Origin: Macrostomum lignano
Taxonomy: Eukaryota
Direction of reading: 5' to 3'
DNA: 64,000 nt
Assembly (NCBI GenBank): GCA_002269645.1
Contig: NIVC01001742.1
Coordinates: forward strand, 61,740 to 125,739
Notes under the pieces: model-generated
The model's database searches: none
The model's input: only the letters and a program-made list of their open reading frames with translations
Told to the model about the DNA's origin: nothing
In this document: piece after piece, positions 49,275 to 60,420 of the stretch
Position numbering within the stretch: position 1 is the stretch's first letter
Layout of the letters: the number at the start of each line of letters is the position of its first letter
Position numbers and translations under genes: made by a program

Positions 49275-49599
49275 TTGTTGTTTGTATCAGCCTTTATTGA
49301 ATAAAAAGCTGTTGAAACCCGCGGATTTTGAACGCGGGGAATTCCAATCCCCAGAACTATTTTTGCATGTATTCTGAAATCTGAGTCCATACTCAAAAAA
49401 AGTTGTTAATAGTTGGTAGGATAGAGGTAAACATAAAATGGAGTACATTCGTGTAAAATTAGGATTTGAAGCAAACATTTGATATTGTTGGCTGGGGCCT
49501 GGGATGCTGCGCAGAATGTCGGGCAATGTCTGTCTGACTCTTAAAGCATGCATTGGCAAACTCTGGCCTCTGCCTCTGACTCTCCCTACGTCCTTTGGA

Positions 49600-50160
49600 T
49601 TCTTTGAAACTTATATCTTCTCTTCTATTTCCTCTCTTATCTCTTGTCTCTCGTCCCTCGTCTCTCGTCTCTCTTCTCATCTCTTCCTTTTTTCTTTTCT
49701 CCTCTCTCCTTACTCCCCTCTTCTCTCGTATCCTCCCTCATCTCTCTTCTTTCATCTCTCCTATCTCATCTCTTCTCTCTACTTTTCTTTCTCCATTCCT
49801 CTCCTCTCTCCTCTCTTCTCTCCCGTCTGCTCTCTCATCTCTCTTTTCTCCTCTTTTATCTCTTCTCATTTCTCTTTGCTCTCTACTCTCTTCTCTCTCC
49901 CCTCTTTTCATTCCTCACTCTCCCTCTCTCAACACTTTCCTCTTCTCTCCTCTCAACTCTCTCCTATGTACCCGTACCCTCTTATCTCAACTCTTTCCTC
50001 GTTTTCTCTCTGTCCTCTCATCTCTTCTCTTCTTTCCTCTCTCCTCTCTCCCCTCTTCTCTCGTCTCTTCCCTCACCTCTCTTCTCTCTCGTCTTTGCTT
50101 TCTTATCTCTCCTTTCTCTTCTTTAATATTTTCCCTTATCTCTTCTCATTTCTCTCTGCT

Positions 50161-50204
<44 letters not shown>

Positions 50205-50245
50205 TCTCTCTCTTCTCCTCTCTACTCTCTTCCCTCTCCTTTTTT
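49600..50245. repeat. Polypyrimidine (CT-rich) low-complexity tract
   Basis: Almost only C/T on the plus strand. Confidence 0.92.
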
Positions 50246-50257
50246 GCACTTTTAAGT

Positions 50258-50384
50258 AAGAAGACTTGAGTCTAGGAAATTTTAAGGTAGCCTAAGACAT
50301 TCTCCGTAGTGAGTTTATGGTGGGTGTAAAATTTGGTTTAATTTGGTTGAGCGGTTTGGGAGTCCATAGCGATCAAATTTGTAC

Positions 50385-50453
<69 letters not shown>

Positions 50454-50475
50454 GTTTAGATTTTTATATGTATAG
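50258..50475 (+). mobile_element. Lep1/HINE-like non-autonomous Helitron with (ACAG)n
   Basis: aggtagccta...aaatttgg...ttggttgagcggttt...(acag)n...ttttatatgtataga layout typical of these elements. Confidence 0.65.
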
Positions 50476-51665
50476 AAAAAACGACTCATTTTTTAAATCT
50501 AAAATTAGTTTGTATGATGAATTTCTGTATTCCTCTCGCTAGTATTTCTAGCCTTGCTTATATATTTGCTGACTGTTTTTTGAAAATATCTATTTTGATG
50601 AAATTTAGCTGTCAACTTTTTACCTTTTAACAGAATTTTTTTCTTTTTTTCATTATCATAACTCAACGATATTTGAAGCATGAAAATATAAAACTCATCT
50701 TGAAGAGAATTTTTCCATCCAAAGTAACTTTGAGCTTCACTATTCAATATTTTTGCAATGGCGCAATGGCTACTAGATATTGTTGTCATTCAAAATCTGC
50801 AGTCTTTGGTTACTGGATTTATACTTATTGTCTATCACTCTGGCGAAGTTGGCCCTGACTTGCAATTCTCCAGTCTAAGTTTCTGTATCATCAGCAGTTC
50901 AATCTGCTATTTCTAGGTTAACAGCCACATTAACACTTCCTTTCTGCAAAATTTGGCTGATTATTTATTCTCGGTGTAACCTAGAATAGATGCACGAATT
51001 ATCTCAACCTTAATTATTAAAATTTCAGTTTGTAATAAGAATTTAAAGTCCAATTAACAAACACTGTTAATGAATAGTAGACAAAAAAGTAGACAACAAT
51101 TGGCCAGTTTTTCGGGCATAACTACGAGCTACAAACTATATTAGTAACCGAAATCCTGACATTTTTACCACTAACTGTTAAATAGCAACCAGCAACTTTT
51201 TTGTTTGCTCATCTTAATTTACAGTGTATTGTAGGCTAGACGCTAATTTCATCTAGTGAACTACAAATTCCAATTCGAAATGCTAAACTACATTTTTTCA
51301 TCTAGACTACTATACTGGTTTCCTATAAAAAATGTTTTAGCAGGACGGGAAGCTATCTCATCTTCTAGGCTTCAGCATTCCAAATGAACCAATTGTTTGT
51401 TTCGTCTGAGGTGGCACTCAAAAGTGTCTTTTCTCAACTGAATTTATCCTTAGCAAAAACCCATTTAGCGCTATACAAAATGTTCAATTTTGGCTAAATT
51501 TGTGCAGACAATAAAACTATAACCGCCAATTTTGAGTCCACCTCAAACAAAACAGATACTTACACATACTTCATTTTGTATCATTTGTTTCACACAAGTA
51601 TTTGCGTTACTAATAAACTAACCACCCTACCTAAATTGCATGCATGCCAAGTCAGTCTACTAAGC

Positions 51666-52331
51666 ATGGCCTGCTGCCAACCCGGAACCTGCTGCCAGTG
51701 CTCCATACTCTTGATCCTGTTCACCGGAATTTTTGTCACAGTCGCTGTTTTTGCCAAGTTTGCTGGTTTGTCCCACGTTGGCCTGGCTGTTCTACTTGGC
51801 GTCTACTTTGGCTTTCAGACACTTGTCGCATTTCTTCTGACCATGTTTGATAAATGCCAGGCAGAATCGGATGGTTGGCGTGTCACTGAACTGCTCTTGT
51901 ATCTGTGCGCCTTTTACTGCGGCTTCATTGGCGTCACCGTAGCTATGATAATCTGCTGGCACAAGGTTTGCAAGCGCGAATTTGTCTTTCCCTTGTTAAC
52001 TTTTGTGCCGATCAATGCTGCTTGGCTACTGATTGCTTTCTTAGTAGTTCCTATCAGTCTTCCCAGCTCTCTGTTCGTGACCAATGCTACAAATGCTATC
52101 AATGCTACTGCTCTCCTTGACAATGCTAAAAATGCTGTTCATCATATCAATGCTACTGCTCTCTTTGACAATGCTACAAATGCTATCAATGCTACTGCTC
52201 TCCTTGACAATGCTACAAATTCTATCAATGCTACTGCTCTCCTTGACAATGCTACAAATGCTGTTCATCATATCAATGCTACTGGTGTCCTTGGCAGCCT
52301 AGTTGCTCACATTTTCCCCACCGCCGGATAG
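51666..52331 (+). CDS. DUF1294-like membrane protein, paralog 2 (221 aa, NAT-repeat tail)
   Basis: DKCQAESDGWRVTE..LYLCAFYCGFIG..AM..CWHK; paralogous to 55130 and 57202; conserved ctactaagcATGGCC start context. Confidence 0.82.
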   Translation: MACCQPGTCCQCSILLILFTGIFVTVAVFAKFAGLSHVGLAVLLGVYFGFQTLVAFLLTMFDKCQAESDGWRVTELLLYLCAFYCGFIGVTVAMIICWHKVCKREFVFPLLTFVPINAAWLLIAFLVVPISLPSSLFVTNATNAINATALLDNAKNAVHHINATALFDNATNAINATALLDNATNSINATALLDNATNAVHHINATGVLGSLVAHIFPTAG

Positions 52332-52792
52332 AAGGAGACATTAACCTTGAACTGATAGTGCCAAATTTCATGTGTTTCAACTCGAGTTGGAAAGTTTTAT
52401 TGCAGCAACTTTACAGCTGAATTTTACTATTTAATGTCATATTATTCGATCAAGTTTAACCTGTTTACACAATTTACTGTATGCTACTTCAACATCGATT
52501 GATTCGAATAAATCCAATAAGGTTTGATGTTTTGGAAAATTTTAGAATCTTTACATAACAAATCTGTTATAAAAATGTTTTATAATTTTTTTAATTTAGG
52601 TTTTATTTTAAGCGTACGGATTTTGTGTTCTCAAAAAAGCTACGTTTGAACTTAAATGTCTTTTTCTGAAGCTTTACGCAAACCCTAATTAATATACGCT
52701 TGGCTCGTATCTTCTGTACTCTAATCTTTGAATACACAAACTGTTTTGACTCTGATTTCTTTTATTTCACATTAATAGCCTATTAGTAATAA

Positions 52793-53580
52793 GCTAGCAA
52801 TCTAGTGCCCCCTTCCGGGCGCCCAATAAGCAAGGAACAAAAATTATTCATGCAAATCCATTAAGAAGCATGAATCAATTCCTTCTTCAGTTTTATAAAT
52901 CACCTTATTCGAGTAAAATTGTCACGGAGAATGATATTTGCTATGAATATCTTTTTTTCTTAAAGTAACAAAGATAACAGGCATTCTCCCTAGCAAGCAT
53001 CCTCCAGATAGCAAGCATCCCCCCAAATACAATTGCAAGCATCCCCACAAGTAGCAAGCATCCCCCCCCCCCCAAATACAATAGCGAGCATCCCCCCAGA
53101 TAGCAAGCACCCCCCAAAAACAATAGCGAGCATCCCCCAGATAGCAAGCACCCCCCAAAAACAATAGCGAGCATCCCCCAGATAGCAAGCACCCCCCAAA
53201 AACAATAGCGAGCATCCCCCAGATAGCAAGCACCCCCCAGAAACAATAGCGAGCATCCCCCAGATAGCAAGCATCCCCCCCAATACAATAGCAAGCACCC
53301 CTCAATACAATAGCAAGCACCCCCAAATACAATAGCAAGCATCCCCCCAATACAATAGCAAGTATCCCCCAAATACAATAGCAAGCATCCCCCCAATACA
53401 ATAGCAAGCACCCCCCAAATACAATAGCGAACATCCCCCAGATAGCAAGCATCCCCGAAATACAATAGCAAGCATCCCCCAAATACAATAGCAAGCATCC
53501 CCCAAATACAATAGCAAGCATCCCCCCAGATAGCAAGCATCCCCCAAATACAATAGCAAGCATCCCCCCAGATAGGAAGC
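52793..53580 (-). mobile_element. Unit-specific ~790-bp insert with agcaagcatccccc minisatellite, possibly Helitron-like
   Basis: Absent at the homologous spot (~56260) of the next unit; minus-strand gcccggaagggggc hairpin followed by actag. Confidence 0.35.
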
Positions 53581-53627
53581 AAGAGTAGGTCTGTACTGAA
53601 TACAAAATACCGAAATACTCTTAATAT

Positions 53628-54095
53628 CCCGCCCATGTTTGTAACAAGCCGTAACTGTGACAAGAATCGCAAAAAACTCACGACACTAGTGACTCTAGCG
53701 ACTCTGGGATAACTCTTCTCACTTGTTAGCGTCTTAAAACTACTGCAATGCGACAGAGACTAACTAGCTGTATTTATAACAGTTAAATAGAGCTGTTATA
53801 AATGCGAAATGTGTGCGATTATTTTTCATAAAGTGACGCTGATGCGCTTTTGACGCAACTCAGTGATTCTACAGCGACTGTGGCACACCTCAGATGAGAC
53901 TCAACGGCCCCAGAGCCATTATACCTACAGAAGCGCCCCAGAGTCGCAGACAATTAAAAACCGCTTAAGTTTACTCTTGAATTTTACCGTGACATCTTGT
54001 CCTCTTAGAGTCGCCTAGAGTCACTTATTTCCTATTCTACCTGTTTTACCTGCAACGACTCTGGGACACTTCTTGGCCTAAGTATACGCAGATGT
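53628..54095 (-). mobile_element. One-end-truncated relative of the 28714 MITE
   Basis: Shared gtgactctagcgactctggg and gactctgggacacttcttggcctaag segments. Confidence 0.6.
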
Positions 54096-55129
54096 ACGAG
54101 CTATTCGGACATTCTTGGCCACTCACTGTCATCTTACAACCGGCCACTTTTTCGTCTACTTTCAGTTTACAGTGTAACTAGTTCAGACTAGACGCCAAGT
54201 GCTTTTGATTCTCTATAAAAATTTCTTAGTGAGACAGCAAGTTCTCTGCTTTGTTGTTAAACGGGATTGGAATTCGGGGCAACCCGCGGATCAGCCCAGA
54301 GAAGGGCTCTGCCGCTGGATTTTGTAGGGGGCCCTACTACCAAGGGCTGAAGCCCGAGAGGCCCAGATTGGGACCAGAACTCAAGGCCTGGTAAAGCCTT
54401 ATTGGATGCTACTACGAGCATCGTAACCCAAGCCTATAGACTAAGACACCGCCAACCCACAGTGCCACAAGGGCATTTCACTACCCGGCTCTAATAAGCT
54501 TGGAATATCTGAGTAGCGGTCCGAGAGCGGAAAGACCCGAGTCTACGGAAAAGGCTAAGTTATTGGAGCGAGTCTGGACAGCTTATTGCGATGGGCGAGT
54601 CTCCCATCAGGTGGCCAAGAACCTCTCCTATAGGGCTGCGAGCCTCAAAGCTTTTTCAGTATCCAGCTCTAATAAGCCCAGGCCAAGGGGTTGGTGAGGA
54701 GCACAAGGAGCAAAGGGACCACCGGACTCAGCCGGTTTTCCCCGATTCGGGACGAACTCATTCTTCAGGACACCAATCCACTGAGAGTGATGGGAGCCGA
54801 GACACAAGAAGCATAAATTCAAAGACTGAATGGCTACAAGGCCGGGATAAAACACAAAGCTAAAAGTGTGTATTTCGTTTAAGGTAGCACCCATAAGTGT
54901 CAGTTTTCTTAACCAAATTTGTTTATAGCAGAACTTCCATTTAGTGCTATACAAAATAGTCATTTTTGGCTAAATTTGTGCAGAAAGTAAAACTATAGCG
55001 ACCAATTTTGAGTGCAGCTCAAACAAAACAGATACTTACTTCATTTTGTGTCATTTGTTTCATACCAGTACTTGCTTTACTAATAATTTGCGGCCCTACT
55101 GAAATTCCAGCAAAATCTGTCTACTAAGC

Positions 55130-55669
55130 ATGGCCTGCTGCAAACCCGGAACCTGCTGCCAGTGCTCCATACTCTTGGCCCTGTTCACCGGAGTTTTTGT
55201 CACAGTCGCTGTTTTTGCCAAGTTCGCTGGTTTGTCCCACAATGAGCTGGCTGTTCTACTTGGCGTCTACTTTGGCTTTCAGACGCTTCTCGCATTTATC
55301 CTCACTTCCATTGATAAATGCCAGGCACAATCGGGAGGGTGGCGTGTTGCAAAAGCGGCCTTGTATCTGTGCGCATTTTACTGCGGCTTCCTTGGCGTCA
55401 TCTTAGCCATGCTAATTTGCTGGCACAAGGTTAAAAAGTGCGAATTCGTCACCTGTTTGCTAATTTTTGTGCCGATCAATGCTGCTTGGCTACTGATTGC
55501 TTTCTTAGTAGTTCCGATCGGTCTTCCTGGCTCTCTGGTCATGACCAATGCTACAAATGCTACAGATGCTATCAATGCTACTGCTCTCCTTGACAATGCT
55601 GAAAATGCTGTACATCATATCAATGCTTCTGGTGTCCTATTTGCTCACATTTTCCCCGCCGCCGGATAG
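55130..55669 (+). CDS. DUF1294-like membrane protein, paralog 3 (179 aa)
   Basis: DKCQAQSGGWRVAK..LYLCAFYCGFLG..AM..CWHKVKK. Confidence 0.85.
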   Translation: MACCKPGTCCQCSILLALFTGVFVTVAVFAKFAGLSHNELAVLLGVYFGFQTLLAFILTSIDKCQAQSGGWRVAKAALYLCAFYCGFLGVILAMLICWHKVKKCEFVTCLLIFVPINAAWLLIAFLVVPIGLPGSLVMTNATNATDAINATALLDNAENAVHHINASGVLFAHIFPAAG

Positions 55670-55753
55670 AAAGAGACATTAACTTTGAATTGATAGTTTC
55701 AACTCGAGTTGAAAATTTTTTTGAAAAATTGAAAAAAAAATTACCATGTTTGT

Positions 55754-55913
55754 GCGCAACCTTGGGATTCACCCGGCCGTTTCTATTGGCAACACACACA
55801 TGTATGTCGCTATTGGACAGAATAGTAGTCACGTGACTGCTCTCAGCCAATAGCGACTTACATGTGTGTGTGTGTTGCCAATAGAAACGGCCGAGTGATT
55901 CCCAAGGTTGCGC
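55754..55913. mobile_element. Palindromic MITE (copy 2)
   Basis: gcgcaaccttggga...tcccaaggttgcgc foldback; absent at the homologous position after paralog 2. Confidence 0.82.
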
Positions 55914-56303
55914 GCGTATTTTAGTTTAACCTATTTACAAAATTTACTGTATGCTGCTTCAACATCGACTGATCCGAATAAATCCAATAATGTTTAATGT
56001 TTTGGACGATTTTAGAATCTTTACATAACAAGTGTTTGTTACAAAATAGTTTAATTCTTTTTAAAATTTGGATCCTATTTTAAGCATACGGATTTTGTGT
56101 TCTCAAAAAAGCTACGTTTGAACTTTAATGTCTGTTAAGATTTACGCAAACCCTAATTAATATACGCTTGGCTCGTATCTTCTGTACTCTAATATTTGAA
56201 TACACAAAAATGTTTTGACTCTGATTATTTTTATTCAATATATTGATAGCCTTTTGGTAATAAGAGTAGCTCTGGACTTGGAATACAAAATTATTCATAA
56301 TTT

Positions 56304-56715
56304 CCCGCCCATATTTTTAACAAGCCGTAACGGTGATAAAAATCACAATTCACTAGTGACTCTAGCGACTCTGGGACAACTCTTGTCACTTGGTAACGTC
56401 TCAAACGACTGCAATGCGATGGAGAGGCGACTGTTGAGGGCAACTTGAGGCACAAACGCGAAAAAGCTATCCAAGAGTCGTGAGCGCTTAACTGCACGCC
56501 TCAGATAAGACTCTACGTCTCCAGAGTCGTTATACATGCAGAAGCGCGCCAGAGTCGTTTCAGAGTCGCAGACAATAAAACGCCTCAAGTTGACTCTCGA
56601 CTTTTACTGTGACATCTGGTCCTTTTAGAGTCGTCTAGAGTCACTTCCTTCCAATTTCACCTGTGTTACCTGCAACGAGTCAACGACTCTGGGACGCTTC
56701 TTGGCCTAAGTATTC
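56304..56715 (-). mobile_element. One-end-truncated relative of the 28714 MITE, duplicated with the gene unit
   Basis: Colinear with 53628-54095. Confidence 0.6.
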
Positions 56716-57201
56716 AGACGTACGCGCTATTCGGACATTCTTGGCCACTCACTGTGAACTGACAACCGGCCACTTTTGGTCTACTTTTAATTTACAGTGT
56801 AGCTAGTTTAAACAAGACGCTAAGTTCTTTTGGTTCCCTATTAAAATGCCGTAGTAAGATGGGAATTTCTCTGCTTTTAGCACTAAATTCCCAATACGAG
56901 CGTATCTCATTTTCCAGACTTCGTAGTTCCAAATGAAGCAAAGGTGTGTGTTCCGTTTGAGGTAGCACCCATAAATGTATCTTTCGTAATTTGTTTATAG
57001 CAAACTCAATTTAGTGCTTTATACAAAATGGTCGATTTTGGCTATAAATACATGCAGAAAATGCAACTATAAGCACAAATTCGAGTCCAACCTCAAACAA
57101 AACCAATACTTGCTTCATTTAGTATCATTTGTTACTATATAATTTCTTTACTAATAAAGTACGGCCCTACTGAAATGCATGTTCCAGTCAGTCTACTAAG
57201 C

Positions 57202-57714
57202 ATGGCCTGCTGCAAACCCGGAACCTGCTGCCAGTGCTCCATACTCGTGGTCCTGTTCACCGGAATTTTCGTCACAGTTGCTATTGTTGGCAAGTTTGCT
57301 GGTTTGTCACACAATGAGCTGGCCATTCTACTTGGTGTCTACTTTGGCTTTCAGACACTTTTCACATTTATCCTCACTTTCATTGATAAATCTCAGTCGG
57401 AATCGGGAGGTTGGCGCGTTGCAGAAGCGGCCCTGTATCTGTGCGCCTTTTACTGCGGCTTCCTCGGCATCATCTTAGCTATGATAATTTGCTGTCACAA
57501 GGTTAGAAAGGGCGAGTTTATCATCTGCTTGCTAATTTTTGTGCCGATCAATGCTGCTTGGCTACTGATTGCTTTCTTAGTAGTTCCAATCGGTCTTCCC
57601 GGCTCGCTGGTCATGACGAATGCTACAAATGCTATCAATGCTACTGCACTCATTGATAGCCTATTCGTTCACATTCTCCGTCCGGCCGGATGGAATGAGA
57701 CAACCTTGAATTGA
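57202..57714 (+). CDS. DUF1294-like membrane protein, paralog 4 (170 aa)
   Basis: DKSQSESGGWRVAE..LYLCAFYCGFLG..AM..CCHKVRK. Confidence 0.85.
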   Translation: MACCKPGTCCQCSILVVLFTGIFVTVAIVGKFAGLSHNELAILLGVYFGFQTLFTFILTFIDKSQSESGGWRVAEAALYLCAFYCGFLGIILAMIICCHKVRKGEFIICLLIFVPINAAWLLIAFLVVPIGLPGSLVMTNATNAINATALIDSLFVHILRPAGWNETTLN

Positions 57715-60194
57715 TGATGTCAGTAGGTAACTTGGGTTAGAAAGTTTTTGAGACAGTTGTACGGTGGAATCATTCGAGCAAATTTACCTATTTAAGCGGA
57801 ATTACTGTTTAACACTTCGATTTTTTTACTATTCTAATCGATTTGAAAGCAAAAAAATTTTAAATCTTCAAGTTTTTATTCTAAGTCGTTTTTCTGGTGG
57901 TAAAGTTGAATTGATTTTGGCTCATTTTAAGCGTATGGTGTATGGTGCAAGGATAATACTTTACTTGAACTTTTTGTTTTTTCTTTGAGAAAACATATAT
58001 GTATTAAAACAAGTACTCTGTTACAGAGATAAACAAAAAGTAATCTGTTAATCCTTGAATAGTAAAAATTTGAATCTGACTTTGTTTTGGTTTAATAAAA
58101 TTGATAGCTTATCTTATTGCTTCTTGGCCTAGGTACCGTTTCCATCAGGTAGTAAAATACTTCTACAGTTACTAGGCACTGAATTGCTTATCAATATAGT
58201 GTTTGAGTCTCGACTATTAGACTACCCGGTGTGTACATGCCACGATTAGAAGGGACGTTTTCATTTAAGACTGCAAATCCAAAACAGCGAGCTCTGTTGT
58301 GTAAGGCTCCCATTCGTGTTAGCGCGGTTTTTGCCTCAGTAGCTATAAGTTGTTTGTTGGCTGATAAGTTGAATATGCAGTAAATTCTGCATCGACTCGC
58401 CACTCAGATTGATTACGGTCCCAGACATTTAAAAGCTGCGTCGTTTCCGTCGCACAACATCCAATTGGTGCATTTACGTTAAGTCCATGCCAATCTGTGC
58501 GCATCGACCTCGCATTTGGCTATACCTTCCTAAAAAGTTCACAGTTTGGCACTTTGCTTACAAAAATGTTTGAGTCGACTATTAGACTAGCGTGTGTAAT
58601 GCCCACGATTAGAAGCCTTTTTTGACTGCAAAAAACAGCGAGCTCTGTTTTTTATCCTTTTAGCCCCGTTGTGGCTTTGCTGTACTTTATAGTTTCGATG
58701 TAATAAATAGCATTAAGCTGGTGGTACTAACGACTGCAAGGTATCAGGACCCACCTGGCATGTTCCAGTCGTTAGAAGTTGGCTAGATAGTTGATGGCGT
58801 TTTCTCATTGACTCGCCAGCTTCGCATAATGCCGCAACCTGACGACGAGACAACACACTTCCAAGCTTGATTGGTCCCGGCAGTTTCGTCAACAACAGTC
58901 TCTGCGGTTTTTCCAATTGCAGTTGCTTCCTGATAATAAAATGAATCTACTCGCACTGAGTTAAGCCTATTTTTTGGTCATGTCTATGGCTCAAAAATGT
59001 GTTACCTTTGGGTTCGGCGTGCGCATGGCAAGAAAAATTGCTAGTTGCTCCAAAAATGAAACGCAAGGCACTGGCGTATTGCCGCGCTGCGTTATTACCG
59101 CGCATACTTATAGCAGGAATGCTTCCCTTCTACCATGATTGTCATTTTGCTTATACATGAAACTGCTGTCAGCAGTCGAATGTGGATGTTGTCATGCATG
59201 TGTTTTGCTTTAAATGAAACAGTTATCAACCTGTTGTGAAGCTCCAACTCTTAAGCCCTCAAGTTCCTTCGTTTTGACCATAATGGGAGTGCACTCAACT
59301 TTGATGTTTTGAAAGCTTACATGTATGGTGATTTCGTGATTAAGCTGACACGAAAATGACAATACATCACTTTTGCTACCTATTTTTAGATCGTTTGACA
59401 CATCCATGTTCGTTCACGCTACTAACCAAAGAGTAGTTGCAAAAATCTAAACAAGAGTGAACTATCTAGGGTTATAGTATCTGTGCTCTCTTCTTCATCC
59501 CCGATCTAATATGTATATGCATGTTGATTTTGGACTTCGCGTTGCTAAACCTCTCTGTAATGATTTTGTATCGAAATGGGATGATTTATGACGACATCGT
59601 CTCACAACCAGTATGCACTGAGGCGATTCTGCCACTCATTCCGCTGAAGCTCGATCCTGAGAACATAAAAGCGCGTCAATACTGTACGCAGACATGCTCA
59701 CACAGGGTGTTGCCCCCTTGGTGCTGGCGCCCTTGGATACTGCAAACAAATGATTACTCGTTTTGTATGTATGAGTATTAAAGTGACACTGAAAAAACTG
59801 GAGGATCTTAATATGGTACGCTCATATTTTCTACACAGCTCTCATTTTTACCTAATCAATCCACTTCAAGCAACTAAGCAACAGGTATTCTTTTCTGTTG
59901 CCTGTTATGTACGCGGTAGTTGCATCAGATTAAAAATTAAAAGTGAAAATTTAAAATGAAACGTATTTATACAGTGAAAGAAATTTGTCGTCTCCTTCCT
60001 TGCGTCTAGTCCTCGCTTTCCTCTACTCTTCTTTTTTTCTTCTTGGTTTTCTACTAGCTATAGACTACTGAATTTGACTCTAGGTCAGTCAAACAAGGGA
60101 TATCACATCCATGGCCAAGCCAATGAATGCAGCCCTCAGCCACTCTGTCGACCAAATAAATGAATCCATGGGGGTGATACCATATACGTATTCC

Positions 60195-60420
60195 CCAGTT
60201 GGTCGCGGCCATAGACTACAGAAACGTATTTATATCAAGTTGGTCGCGGCCATAGACTAGATAAACGTATTTATATCAAGTTGGTCGCGGCCATAGACTA
60301 GAGAAACGTATTTATTCCCCAGCTGGTCGCGGCCATAGACTACAGAAACGTATTTATTCCCAGCTGGTCGCGGCCATAGACTACAGAAACGTATTTATTC
60401 ACCAGTTAGTCGCGGCCACG
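60195..60420. repeat. ~41-bp tandem repeat (agttggtcgcggccatagactacagaaacgtatttat...), 5-6 copies
   Basis: Direct inspection. Confidence 0.88.

Noticed and set aside
50282-50292. TTAAGGTAGCC, identical to the 28S R2 site core
   Set aside because: Only 11 nt with no flanking rRNA similarity; it falls at the agtagccta motif typical of Lep1-like elements.
58713-59407. Short minus-strand ORFs that look protein-like
   Set aside because: No recognisable domain and no consistent splice chain; cannot be supported without a search.
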